64,000 bases of DNA, taken from assembly GCA_964530135.1 (NCBI GenBank), contig CAZGXN010000001.1:68110-132109 (forward strand). The letters are read 5' to 3'. The translations under genes were made by a program, and so were the position numbers. The notes beneath the pieces are model-generated. The model was given only the letters and a program-made list of their open reading frames with translations. It had not been told where the DNA came from and did not search any database. The DNA comes from an uncultured Bdellovibrionales bacterium (GTDB lineage Bacteria > Patescibacteriota > Minisyncoccia > Moranbacterales > UBA1568). Numbering within the stretch: position 1 is the first letter of the stretch; the number at the start of each line of letters is the position of its first letter. Below are positions 27,708-37,516 of the stretch, in pieces.

Positions 27708-28442
27708 ATGAATATTCGATTCTTTCCAGCGGCCAAGCGTGGCCATATCAGTTTCGATTGGCTCGATACCTATCATTCCTTTAGTTTTGGTCATTTCTAC
27801 GATCCCGCACTGATGGGTTTTGGAGCACTCCGCGTCATCAATGATGATACTATCGCACCTGGTCAGGGTTTCGGTCAGCACCCACACAGCGATATGGAGA
27901 TTATTACTATCCCCATATCCGGTGCCGTAGAACATCAGGATAATACAGGTGCTCATGGCATCACCCCTGCCGGCTCTGTTCAAGTAATGTCGGCTGGCCG
28001 ACATGTCTCCCACTCAGAGAGAAACGCCTCGGCAACTGAACCGCTATCACTCTTCCAAATCTGGATCGAGCCCAAAAGCTATGGTATCGATCCGCGCTAC
28101 GCCGAAAAAGCTTTCAATCCAATGGAACGCGAAGGACAGTGGCAACTCCTCGTTTCGAGCGATGGCCACGACGGTTCGCTTGCGATCCACCAAGATGCCT
28201 TCATCTCACTCGGACGCTTCAAGACCGGTATGTCATTCGATTACACACTCCGAAAAACAGAAAATGTCGCCTTCATCATGATCGTCGAGGGTCAGGCCAC
28301 AATTGCGGGCCAGCCGCTCGGCCGTCGCGACGCGCTCGGTATCAGCGGCATTGAAAAATTCGACGGCACTATGGACAAGGGCGGTGAACTTATGGTCATC
28401 GAGATTCCCCCTGTGCCCAACAAAAGTATGCACTCTCTCTGA
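27708..28442 (+). CDS. Pirin family protein (bicupin; quercetinase-like YhhW)
   Basis: Cupin metal ligands HPHSDMEIITI...E; 244 aa. Confidence 0.8.
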   Translation: MNIRFFPAAKRGHISFDWLDTYHSFSFGHFYDPALMGFGALRVINDDTIAPGQGFGQHPHSDMEIITIPISGAVEHQDNTGAHGITPAGSVQVMSAGRHVSHSERNASATEPLSLFQIWIEPKSYGIDPRYAEKAFNPMEREGQWQLLVSSDGHDGSLAIHQDAFISLGRFKTGMSFDYTLRKTENVAFIMIVEGQATIAGQPLGRRDALGISGIEKFDGTMDKGGELMVIEIPPVPNKSMHSL

Positions 28443-28453
28443 ACACAAAAAAA

Positions 28454-28487
28454 ACCGCCCGATTCTCGGACGGTTTTTTTCTTGGGG
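28454..28487. terminator. Bidirectional intrinsic terminator between pirin and the RRM gene
   Basis: A8-ccgcccgattctcggacgg-T7. Confidence 0.5.
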
Positions 28488-28489
28488 CT

Positions 28490-28756
28490 TTAGGCCTGAT
28501 CACGATTCTCGAGCGGACGAGCCTCATTGACAGTCAATGTTCGGCCATCCATCTCTTTACCGTGCCACAGCTCGATAGCTTTTGCCGCCTCTTCCGGAGT
28601 GGACATCTCGACGAACCCAAAACCGCGTGAACGGCCAGTGGCTCGGTCGATGATGATCTTCGTCGAGACAACCGTACCCGCCTGCGAGAAAGCGACCTTG
28701 AGGTCCTCTTCCGTCGAGCGATACGGGATGCCACCGATATACAAACGTGTCGACAT
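28490..28756 (-). CDS. RRM-type RNA-binding protein
   Basis: RNP-2 LYIGGIP and RNP-1 RGFGFVEM. Confidence 0.85.
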   Translation of the reverse strand: MSTRLYIGGIPYRSTEEDLKVAFSQAGTVVSTKIIIDRATGRSRGFGFVEMSTPEEAAKAIELWHGKEMDGRTLTVNEARPLENRDQA

Positions 28757-28974
28757 AGTATAAACTCTAGAGTTATGCGAACTATGTAAGACGACCTTCT
28801 GGCTTCATTCACGTAACCAGGCAGCACCCGAAAGTGACCGACACCGTACACGCCGAAATTCCGACCGAGAAACCTTACAGTTGCATTTAGACCATAGCAC
28901 AAACAAGCTCTCAAGGCAAGTCTCAGCGTATGCTACAATACGGACAGAATAGGTAAGTTATAAATTTTTATTGT

Positions 28975-29196
28975 ATGCAAAAAACCACGCATTTTGCGGT
29001 CTCTCGGGATAAGAACGGCGGTTATCGGTGGAAATTGATCGGTGCGAATGGCGAGCCAGTCGCGACCGGTGAGAGTTACAAGACCCGCCGAGCAGTGATG
29101 AATGCGGTGAAAAATCTCCGCCTCTGGGCTGCGACTGATCGAGTCGAAGAAGTAAAAAAGAGGCCGGTTTCGAAAAAAACTCTTGCAAAGCCCTAA
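28975..29196 (+). CDS. DUF1508 (YegP/UPF0339) domain protein
   Basis: FAVSRDKNGGYRWKLIGANGEPVATGESYKTRRAVMNAV matches the YegP repeat. Confidence 0.7.
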   Translation: MQKTTHFAVSRDKNGGYRWKLIGANGEPVATGESYKTRRAVMNAVKNLRLWAATDRVEEVKKRPVSKKTLAKP

Positions 29197-30170
29197 CCCG
29201 CGAAAGCGGGTTTTTCTCTGTCTTCTTGTTCCGAATGGAGCGTCCAATGTTTATAACGGACAAGCCACTGAAATAATAAGAGTCCGATATTCCAGGGCAA
29301 CAAGGAAAGAATGACTACGAGAAGGATAGTTGAGTCCCTAAAAAACATTTCGGCCAGAAAAATCGCTAGCGTAAAATTCATATAGGAAAGGGAAAGCGTT
29401 ACAGTGATACGATCCCTCATCGACCGCCAAAAACAAGCTTTATAGGCCACCCATTGAAACAGTACAAGGAACACTCCCATGATAAGGAGGGTGAGAAACG
29501 CCTCATAGCTGGAAAAACTGCCTCGAATTGCATCGCTGTGTTTTGAAGTGATAGCTGCGATCAACAACCAGAGCGCAAGAATGGAACTGACTCTGATAAG
29601 TGTTTGTCCTTGATGGATAGCCAGGCGGCCGAAGGAGAATCTTCGAAATATCTGGGCGACAAGCAATGGCACCACCATGATGAAGAATAGAGTACGAAAC
29701 ATGGTGAGTGGTTCATACACCGTCGCATCCCCGCCAAGGAGAGCCAGCACCAGCGGAATCGATATCACCGACAAGAGTGATGTCCCCGCTGTCAAGAGGA
29801 GCGAGAGTGGCACATTACCCTTTACCATATCAACAAAGAGTGGAGAAGTCATACCCGCTGGCATCGCTGCCAAAAGCACGAGTGGAACAACCAGACTCGG
29901 GAAAAATTGATCCGCCACAAAGTATACAAAAATTGGAAAGGCTACCAAACGCAAACTTGCTACAACAAACAAAAGCTTCAGATCACCAAACTCTGAAAAA
30001 ATTGCCCGCCCATCAATGCGCAAGCCACTCGTAAAAAAAATAAATTGTAAAAGCATACCCGTCAGTGCATGGTATGGAGTGAACCACTGAGGAAAGAAGA
30101 GGCCTCCGACCAAAGCCACTGCCAATCCCACAAACGGTATATCATCCAGTCTCCGGTGTGAACCAATCAT
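29193..30170 (-). CDS. Bile acid:sodium symporter (BASS/SBF) family transporter
   Basis: Ten hydrophobic helices; the ...LAAMPAGMTSPLFVDMVKGN... segment is typical of the SBF family. Confidence 0.6.
   Translation of the reverse strand: MIGSHRRLDDIPFVGLAVALVGGLFFPQWFTPYHALTGMLLQFIFFTSGLRIDGRAIFSEFGDLKLLFVVASLRLVAFPIFVYFVADQFFPSLVVPLVLLAAMPAGMTSPLFVDMVKGNVPLSLLLTAGTSLLSVISIPLVLALLGGDATVYEPLTMFRTLFFIMVVPLLVAQIFRRFSFGRLAIHQGQTLIRVSSILALWLLIAAITSKHSDAIRGSFSSYEAFLTLLIMGVFLVLFQWVAYKACFWRSMRDRITVTLSLSYMNFTLAIFLAEMFFRDSTILLVVILSLLPWNIGLLLFQWLVRYKHWTLHSEQEDREKPAFAG
29197..29216. terminator. Intrinsic terminator (CCCGC-GAAA-GCGGG plus T5), overlapping the last codons of the convergent BASS gene
   Basis: Perfect 5-bp GC stem with a GAAA tetraloop and a T-run. 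Confidence 0.55.
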
Positions 30171-30183
30171 AAATATAATAGCG

Positions 30184-30804
30184 TTACTGTTTGAGCAGTG
30201 GCGTTACTGCAGACAATATTCTATGTGCCATTTTCTCATACCCACGGTCGTTGGGATGGAGAGTGTCGCTCATGAGCGCTGGATCACCGAACACTCCCTG
30301 AAAGATATCCTCAATGTAGAGTGCTTCAGTTTCTTCGGCCAATGCGGCATACTGCTCATCTGCGCCCCCGCTGATAATCCCACTCCGAACTCCGATAAGC
30401 ACCACCGCCGCACCATCTGATTGGAACTGCTCGATGATCTGCTTGAGATTTGCAAAAGTCTCTTCACGCGGCACCTTCTGTAGGAAATCATTACCACCGA
30501 GCAGTATCAGTACGAGCCGCGGATTTTCGGACCGAGCTTGAGAAATCCGGTCAAGTCCCTGGCGAGTCGTATCACCCGAAACGCCATAATTGAGAACTGG
30601 CTCGCCCAGTGCTTTTGAGAGAAGCGATGGCAGATCATGACCAGCGGTCGCCCCCACCCCCTCCACAAGACTATCCCCGAAAAACAGTATTGACCCCGTC
30701 CCTTGCACAGGTACATTCTTTACCGCAATATCGCCAGACCAGAAATACCAGCCGAGCCCAACGAGCAGGATTCCAAACACGCCAATAATGACTTTCTGCT
30801 GCAT
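30184..30804 (-). CDS. SGNH/GDSL hydrolase family lipase/esterase, membrane-anchored
   Basis: Block I FFGDSLVEG, block III GGND, block V DTLHPNDRGY. Confidence 0.8.
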   Translation of the reverse strand: MQQKVIIGVFGILLVGLGWYFWSGDIAVKNVPVQGTGSILFFGDSLVEGVGATAGHDLPSLLSKALGEPVLNYGVSGDTTRQGLDRISQARSENPRLVLILLGGNDFLQKVPREETFANLKQIIEQFQSDGAAVVLIGVRSGIISGGADEQYAALAEETEALYIEDIFQGVFGDPALMSDTLHPNDRGYEKMAHRILSAVTPLLKQ

Positions 30805-30914
30805 ATGATCGTTTACTTTTCATCCGAAATAAATCGAGGTGCTGTGCCATTCATGCAGTAGCGTAGTCCCGTCGGAAGAGCCATCATCATCAAACATTTC
30901 TGAACATACAATGT

Positions 30915-31688
30915 CTACGCCCGCAATCCACGGCCCGTTTTGAAAAGATACCAGGTATAACCAAAGAGGCTGATTGTGAGCATCACGAGGAGTCCAGCGG
31001 CTCCGATCACCGAAACATCTGAAACGCCGAGGAAACCGTAGCGAAATCCGTTTACCATATAAAGGATCGGGTTCCATCGAGACACTGTTTGCCACAAAGG
31101 AGAAAGTGCCGAGATCGAATAAAATACGCCTCCAAGATAGGTCAGCGGTGTCAGGACAAAATTCGGTACAATCGAAATACCATCAAAACTATTGGCAAAC
31201 ACGCCGTTCAACAGACCAATAAGAGAAAAGAGTATCGCGGTGAGAAGCGCAAAGAGAAGCATGATGCCCGGATGCGCCATCGAGACATCGGTAAAGGCGG
31301 TCGCGACAAACATCACAAGCATTGCAACCGTCATCCCTCGGAGTACACCACCTGTCACATAGCCCGCGATCACAACCGGATACGGTGTTGGCGAGACCAT
31401 AATTTCTTCAAGCGTCTTTTGAAACTTAGCAAAGTAAAAAGATGACACCGTATGCATGAACGAGCTCATAATCACTGACATCATAATGAGGCCCGGAACG
31501 ATGAACTCCATGTATGAGTAACCTTGAATCGGGGCAATCTGCGAACCGATAAAGCCACCAAAAATAATAAAATAGAGCGACATCGTAACGACTGGCGGCA
31601 AAAGCGTCTGTGACCAGACACGCAGATACCGGAGTGCTTCTTTGCGAACGATAGTACAGTAGGCAACCCAGAGTTCGGCAGCGTTCAT
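30915..31688 (-). CDS. ABC-2 type transporter permease
   Basis: Six TM helices with an ABC-2 family pattern. The gene is adjacent to the ATPase. Confidence 0.75.
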   Translation of the reverse strand: MNAAELWVAYCTIVRKEALRYLRVWSQTLLPPVVTMSLYFIIFGGFIGSQIAPIQGYSYMEFIVPGLIMMSVIMSSFMHTVSSFYFAKFQKTLEEIMVSPTPYPVVIAGYVTGGVLRGMTVAMLVMFVATAFTDVSMAHPGIMLLFALLTAILFSLIGLLNGVFANSFDGISIVPNFVLTPLTYLGGVFYSISALSPLWQTVSRWNPILYMVNGFRYGFLGVSDVSVIGAAGLLVMLTISLFGYTWYLFKTGRGLRA

Positions 31689-31694
31689 AATATA

Positions 31695-32621
31695 TCAGAC
31701 TTTACTAATGGGACGAGTTTTTTGGACGAAAAACGCCTCGAGTCGATTCGTTTTATTCCGAAGACTCTTCACTTCAAGTCCTAAATCATGGAGGGCACGC
31801 AGTGCCTTGTCGAGTGTATGTTCACGGGTGAGCGTGAGCTCTACGACATGATCATCAGCCATCGCTCGAAAAGACTGTAAAGCTTGCTGCAGATCCGCCG
31901 AAAGCGGGCGGTCAAGATCAAAAACGAACACCTCTTCTTCCATCGAAGCGAGGAGCGTTTTGATTTCTCCTTGTTCGATGATCTCGCCCTGATTGATAAT
32001 GGCCACATGTCGACAAAGTTGCTCAGCTTCCTCCAGATAATGCGTCGTGAGGATGATCGTGACGCCAGACGCATTCAGCGTACGCAAAAAGTCCCACATC
32101 CCCCGTCGGAGTTCAATGTCCACTCCCGCCGTCGGCTCATCGAGGATGAGCAGCTTCGGTTCGTGAACTAAACCGCGTGCGATCATCAGGCGCCGTTTCA
32201 TACCACCAGAAAGTGAACGCGCCTGAACATGTCGCTTTTCCCACAAACCCAAGAGTTTCAAATACTTTTCTGCAGCGATCCTGGCTTTCCGGCGGGGGAT
32301 ACCATAGTAGCCCGCCTGATCCATAATAATGTCTTCAACTTTTTCAAAAATACCAAAATTAAATTCCTGTGGCACAACTCCGACATGGAGTTTTGCCCGA
32401 GCCGGATCGCTATCAAGCGACAGACCGCCAATACTGACTGTCCCAGCATCTTTATTAATGAGACCAGAAACGATCCCGATAAGCGTCGTCTTGCCAGCAC
32501 CATTGGGACCAAGTAATGCAAAGAAGTCTCCCGTCGCAACTTCAAGACTCACCCCCTTGAGCGCGGTTGGTCCATGCTCATAGGTTTTTTTCAACTGTTT
32601 GATAGAAAGTGCAGAAATCAT
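31695..32621 (-). CDS. ABC transporter ATP-binding protein (ABC-2 exporter ATPase)
   Basis: Walker A GPNGAGKTT, signature LSGGMKRRL, Walker B LLILDEPT. Confidence 0.9.
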   Translation of the reverse strand: MISALSIKQLKKTYEHGPTALKGVSLEVATGDFFALLGPNGAGKTTLIGIVSGLINKDAGTVSIGGLSLDSDPARAKLHVGVVPQEFNFGIFEKVEDIIMDQAGYYGIPRRKARIAAEKYLKLLGLWEKRHVQARSLSGGMKRRLMIARGLVHEPKLLILDEPTAGVDIELRRGMWDFLRTLNASGVTIILTTHYLEEAEQLCRHVAIINQGEIIEQGEIKTLLASMEEEVFVFDLDRPLSADLQQALQSFRAMADDHVVELTLTREHTLDKALRALHDLGLEVKSLRNKTNRLEAFFVQKTRPISKV

Positions 32622-32886
32622 ACAGATAGAATCAGTGGCCGATCCAGCACGAACCGCACCAAATGTTTCGAATAGTTATTGAACACAAGAAAAAATTTGG
32701 CAATCAGAGCGACCCGAACAATTGATAAGACTCCCCCATCATACCATGTGGTACCAGGCACACGAATACACTCAGACTGCACCGAATTGCACCATCTGCT
32801 CTTGTGTTCTACTTCCTACCTATAAATCCCCAAGTAGAAACGAAGCCTAAAAATCAGAGGTGGAAAACCGATTCATAGATGTCCTC

Positions 32887-35667
32887 CTACTGTCCGACTT
32901 CCTTCCAGTTGAAGTCACAACTCCGTGTGCCAAAGCAGGTAACTGTACCGCCACAGCCATCAGGGATGCCAAAGCTCGTAGCTGGGCAGAGGACGGCGGC
33001 GGTGGCTGAGGGGCCTGGGTCAGAACAGGTTCCGGTAGGGACACAGAGAACGGTGATTACGATTGGGGTTGAGGGAGAGCCAAGATGGGTATCCGTGGAG
33101 ATGGTGGAGACGCCGATGGAGTTACCGGTTATGAGGCCTTTTTGGGTGGTGTTGTTGACGGTGGCGACACCCGGGTTCGAGCTGGTCCAATTGAGGAGGT
33201 CGGTTACTTCAGTCGCGGTACTGGTATCAGCACAGTTGACGGTGCCGGTGGCGACATAGTAAGCGCGGAGTTGTGTCGTGAAGCCATTGCCGACGGCTGA
33301 GGAAGCGGGGCAGATTTTGAGGTCGGAGGGAGAGGCGCCGGAGACCGTGATCACTCGCGAGGGGCAGTTGGTGGACCATGTACCACTAGAATCTTGGACG
33401 CGGAGATAGACGGTGTGCGACCCTGCGGAGAGCGTGGTGCTAAATGACGCTGAGGTGGAGAGCAGAGTTCCGGTGGTGCAGTTCCCGTCGCGCCATTCGT
33501 AGGCAGTAGCAGGATCGACGCCGGTACTTATTTTGGTGACAGAATTAGAACCTCTATTTGTCACCCAGATAGAGTTTGTTTGTGAATCAAAGACGAGGGT
33601 TCTGGGATCTGCTTCAGTGGGATAAGTGCCCAAAACTGTCCCATTTGCTGCGCTCAACTGAGTGACGGAATCCGAAGCGTTATTTGCTACCCAAATTGAG
33701 TTTGTAGAAGGATCAAAGGTAACACCAAGAGGCTGTGTGCCGACTGTGTAGGTTCCGAGAATTGCCCCCGTTGCTGCACTTAATTTCGCAACATTATTAT
33801 AATTCCCATTTGTCACCCAGATAGAGTTTGTGGATGGGTCAAAGGCAATGTAGAACGGCGAGGAAGGTGAGCCCCCTGAGTATGTTCCCACCTCAGCACC
33901 ATTTGCCGCATTGAATTTAACGACTGCAGAAAAAAGCACGGGAATTGTCATCCACATAGAGTTCGTGGATGAATCAAAAGCAACACCATAGGGTTGACCA
34001 ACAGCAGAATACCCGTAGGTTCCTAGCGAAAACCCATCTGAAGTTCTTAGCTTAGTAATATTGCCGGAATTAGTATTCGTCACCCAGATAGAGTTTGTGA
34101 AAGCATCGAAAGCAACACCCCAGGGCCACAATCCGGTTGAGTAAGTACCAATAACCGCCCCCGTTGCTGCACTAAATTTAGTAACAGTATCCTGATAGGG
34201 ATCTGCTGCCCACATAGAGTTTGTAGTGGGGTCAAAAGCAATATTTGCATGGAAATTGCCAACATTAGTCCCGGTAATACCACCAGTTGTAACACTAAGT
34301 TTGGTGGATTTATTTAAAGAGGACATATCATTCGTCGTCACCCAGATAGAGCCAGTAGAAGGGTCAAAAGCAATACCATAAGGGGCACTACCGGCTGAGT
34401 AATTACCCACAACTGAGGGGCTTCCGGTGAAAGGACTCCCCGCCCCCGCAAAGCTCACGAGGGTACCAACTGGGATGGTAAGTGAAGTGGATGGGTAGGT
34501 GATGTTTGCAGTGATAGTGGGAGCAACAGTATAATTCCCGAAAAATGGGAGGGTTCCATCCGAGGCCCCAGGGGGAGGAGTGACGTATCCAGGTACTGCC
34601 CCCCATATGATTGTGTAGGAGCCGGGGGGTTGGGCGGGATAGGTTGCACTGAGGCCAGTTCCGGTGATTGGTGGGCCACTAGGACCGGTGATGGTCCATG
34701 AGGCGGATGGGTTGTTGGAGGAAACGGTGATGGTGACGGAGGGAGAAATTTTGGTTACGCTGTCGTCACCATAATTTGCCGTCCACATATTTGTGCCGTC
34801 AAAGGCGATATGCTGTGGGTTTATTCCTGTTCCAGCATAAGTGGTCATGGCACCAGTTGGGGTGATTTTGGTTACGCTATTATCAAGAAAGTTTGCCGTC
34901 CACATATTTGTGCCGTCAAAGGAAATATCGAAGGGAAAATTGCCTGTTCCAGTATAAGTGGTCATGACACCAGTTGGGGTGATTTTGGTTACGCTATCTC
35001 CCCAAGGAGTTGTCGTCCACATGTTTGTACCGTCGAAAGCTAATCCATAAGGACCAAGTATTGTTGTTCCAGTATAAGTGGTCATGACACCAGTTGGGGT
35101 GATTTTGGTTACGCTATAACTACCCCAATACGTTATCCACATATTTGTGCCGTCGAAGGCGATACCGTAGGGAAGAGAACCTGTTCCTGGGTAAGTGGTC
35201 ATGACACCAGTTGGGGTGATTTTGGTTACGCTGTTATCATTGGGGTTTGTCGTCCACATATTTATACCGTCAAAAGCGATATTCTGGTTAACACCTGGAC
35301 TGTAGTAAATGGTCATGGCACCAGTGGGAGATATTTTGGTTATTCTATTGCTACCAATTGGACCCCAATGTGTTGCCCACATATTTGTGCCGTCGAAGGC
35401 GATGTCGAGAATCGCGGGAATCGTGTTGTAATTGGTTATAAGACCAATGGGGGATATTTTGTCTGCACCACCATAACCACCAGTCCACATATTTGTGCCG
35501 TCGAAAGCGATAGCCTGAGGACGATCGCCGGTTGAGTAGTAGGTTGTCATGCTTACCGAAGCCGCTGCAAAAGACGGCAGCATCAAAAACAAACTCAAAC
35601 ACCCCACCAAAACAAACACGCTTGGAAGTGTCCGTCTATTAGATATAGATAGGTATTTCCTTATCAT
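32887..35667 (-). CDS. Large secreted/cell-surface protein with two beta-propeller repeat arrays (YVTN/NHL-like), a central Ig-like segment and C-terminal Ig-like/Cys-rich domains
   Basis: Signal anchor. There are about 9 repeats of ...IAFDGTNMWT.N..D.SVTKITPTG.MTTY.GTG... and then about 8 repeats of ...(V/I)AFD.STNS(I/M)W(V/M)TN...V.K... The tail has ...C...C... motifs. Confidence 0.75.
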   Translation of the reverse strand: MIRKYLSISNRRTLPSVFVLVGCLSLFLMLPSFAAASVSMTTYYSTGDRPQAIAFDGTNMWTGGYGGADKISPIGLITNYNTIPAILDIAFDGTNMWATHWGPIGSNRITKISPTGAMTIYYSPGVNQNIAFDGINMWTTNPNDNSVTKITPTGVMTTYPGTGSLPYGIAFDGTNMWITYWGSYSVTKITPTGVMTTYTGTTILGPYGLAFDGTNMWTTTPWGDSVTKITPTGVMTTYTGTGNFPFDISFDGTNMWTANFLDNSVTKITPTGAMTTYAGTGINPQHIAFDGTNMWTANYGDDSVTKISPSVTITVSSNNPSASWTITGPSGPPITGTGLSATYPAQPPGSYTIIWGAVPGYVTPPPGASDGTLPFFGNYTVAPTITANITYPSTSLTIPVGTLVSFAGAGSPFTGSPSVVGNYSAGSAPYGIAFDPSTGSIWVTTNDMSSLNKSTKLSVTTGGITGTNVGNFHANIAFDPTTNSMWAADPYQDTVTKFSAATGAVIGTYSTGLWPWGVAFDAFTNSIWVTNTNSGNITKLRTSDGFSLGTYGYSAVGQPYGVAFDSSTNSMWMTIPVLFSAVVKFNAANGAEVGTYSGGSPSSPFYIAFDPSTNSIWVTNGNYNNVAKLSAATGAILGTYTVGTQPLGVTFDPSTNSIWVANNASDSVTQLSAANGTVLGTYPTEADPRTLVFDSQTNSIWVTNRGSNSVTKISTGVDPATAYEWRDGNCTTGTLLSTSASFSTTLSAGSHTVYLRVQDSSGTWSTNCPSRVITVSGASPSDLKICPASSAVGNGFTTQLRAYYVATGTVNCADTSTATEVTDLLNWTSSNPGVATVNNTTQKGLITGNSIGVSTISTDTHLGSPSTPIVITVLCVPTGTCSDPGPSATAAVLCPATSFGIPDGCGGTVTCFGTRSCDFNWKEVGQ
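34735..35330. repeat. Five or more tandem 114-bp near-identical nucleotide repeats inside the propeller gene (one 38-aa blade-strand unit each)
   Basis: A recurring 45-50-nt identical core ccagtataagtggtcatgacaccagttggggtgattttggttacgct recurs with a 114-bp period. Confidence 0.8.
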
Positions 35668-35668
35668 G

Positions 35669-36166
35669 TTACTTCTTTAAAACACTAATACTCACCTGCG
35701 ACTGAGTGGAAGACGCGGATGTGTCTGCACTCATAGTGATATTGATGGAATACTGATCCTTTGTGCCGTAGAGGGAGGAGAGGGTTTCACTCTCATACTG
35801 GTTGGAGACATTCCAGTTTTGTTGTTTCAGGAACTCCGCATAGAGGGTGTAGTTCTCCTGTATAGTCTTGGTCGACAAAAAAACAAGCGTGAGCTGTTTC
35901 TGTTCAGCGTAGTTTACGCTATAGCTCTGACTGATCTGGGCGCCTGCTTCAAGGGGGATGTCTGTTGGAAAGTCAGGGGCGACCACACTCCCAAATTCTG
36001 TCTTTTCTGGTGTATTAGTGGGAGAGGGATCCAGGGCAATACCCTGTTGTGCACCAGGATCAAGGGCGCGTTGGCGAGAGGTGATGAGCACAGTCGCGAA
36101 TACAAGCACACTCACAGCGAGGAGGCTGAGGATGATCCATTCTCTTTTGTGGGCAGTCCAGGACAT
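35669..36166 (-). CDS. Hypothetical membrane-anchored protein
   Basis: N-terminal TM helix, then a Ser/Thr/Gln-rich domain. The stop is 1 nt from the propeller gene start, so the two are likely co-transcribed. Confidence 0.5.
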   Translation of the reverse strand: MSWTAHKREWIILSLLAVSVLVFATVLITSRQRALDPGAQQGIALDPSPTNTPEKTEFGSVVAPDFPTDIPLEAGAQISQSYSVNYAEQKQLTLVFLSTKTIQENYTLYAEFLKQQNWNVSNQYESETLSSLYGTKDQYSINITMSADTSASSTQSQVSISVLKK

Positions 36167-36379
36167 GGGTGTTTGTGTTTGGGTGTCAGACAGAGTGAAG
36201 ACAAAGAGCCGTCTGTTGGTATTTTATCACTGATTGGTTGGTGGGGGCAAAGGGGCTGCTCACATCTATCAAGACAACAGTCGTTCCGGCGCTCCAGAAT
36301 CAAATACCCGCAATAAAAGGAAACACTTGGAAAAACCAAAATCTATAGCCCCCGACACTAGAATGACCAAGATACAACC

Positions 36380-37219
36380 CTAGCGAATCTCGTAGGTGAG
36401 CGTCATGGTCACTTTCGTTGTATTGATCCCTGGTTCCAAACTCGGTGCTACCTGACCGTCCGAACTCCCTGTGAGAGACTTGGCCATACGCACATCTCCC
36501 TCTCCACCGTATCCGTATCCGACTTCTGGTGTCGTCTCGTCAATAGAGACGATACGACCGATTTCAAACCCCGTCTCACGCGCGATCCGCGCCGCCGTGG
36601 CCTGTGCCTTTGCGATCGCCTCTTTCCTTGCCTCGGCTTTGACAGCCTCTTCATCATCCACTGTAAAGGAAACTTGCGAGACACTGTTACCCCCCTTGGC
36701 GACGACACCTGCGAGGAGATCACCAAGTGTATCCCAGTTACGCACGGTAACTCGGAGTGTCTGCGTCAAGGTATACCCACTGATACTCGGTTGCGGACAA
36801 AACGAAGAAAGACCGGTGCAATTCGGATACTCATAGCGTGGCGAAAGCGTGTACTCCTCTGTCTTGAGATCCTTCTCAGCGACACCTGACTCTTTAAGGA
36901 AAGCGGTAATCGCATTCATCTTTTCAGTATTTTTTGTCTGAACATCGGCGACATTGGTTGCACCCTCGGTTACAACTGCGACCGAAAACTTGGCAACATC
37001 TGGTGCACTTTCCACTTCGCCTTCACCCTCAACCGAAAAGATTCGTGTCGGATAGGTCTTGTCGACTGATCGACCAAATTCGACCGCATAGAGGAGCGCT
37101 GCGATCGCGATGAACAGCCACGCCAACGATTTTAGAGAATGCCGTGTTGATTCTTCGAGCATATACTTTGGATTATTTTTGAACACAAAAGACATTTTGA
37201 GTATACCACCTCGAGGCAT
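36380..37219 (-). CDS. SIMPL domain (DUF541) protein
   Basis: ...RIFSVEGEGEVESAPDVAKFSVAVV...LTQTLRVTVRNWDTLGDLL... with an N-terminal TM helix. M 37195/37159 are alternative starts. Confidence 0.6.
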   Translation of the reverse strand: MPRGGILKMSFVFKNNPKYMLEESTRHSLKSLAWLFIAIAALLYAVEFGRSVDKTYPTRIFSVEGEGEVESAPDVAKFSVAVVTEGATNVADVQTKNTEKMNAITAFLKESGVAEKDLKTEEYTLSPRYEYPNCTGLSSFCPQPSISGYTLTQTLRVTVRNWDTLGDLLAGVVAKGGNSVSQVSFTVDDEEAVKAEARKEAIAKAQATAARIARETGFEIGRIVSIDETTPEVGYGYGGEGDVRMAKSLTGSSDGQVAPSLEPGINTTKVTMTLTYEIR

Positions 37220-37237
37220 CTCGATTCAATCAGCCCA

Positions 37238-37516
37238 TCAATCATCAACTGGAAGATCATCATTTGACAACCCCGAGAGAAGCGTATCAATATCGCGAAA
37301 TATATTTTCAGCGCCGGTCGTACTGGCCGAATGGTCCCCGCCCACCAACAGTGCCTCTTGACGGGTCGCCTCCTGCGCAGCCTCGATAGCCGCGCGTTCC
37401 CGATCGGCGAGCCTCGAATGTTCATCCCGAACGATCCACAATATCACCCCGATCGACGCGCTGAGCAAGAGCACCGAAAAGGACATTGCACCAATATGAA
37501 TAAGCCTCTCTTTCAT
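37238..37516 (-). CDS. Small hypothetical membrane protein
   Basis: One TM helix; overlaps the upstream gene by 4 nt. Confidence 0.4.
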   Translation of the reverse strand: MKERLIHIGAMSFSVLLLSASIGVILWIVRDEHSRLADRERAAIEAAQEATRQEALLVGGDHSASTTGAENIFRDIDTLLSGLSNDDLPVDD

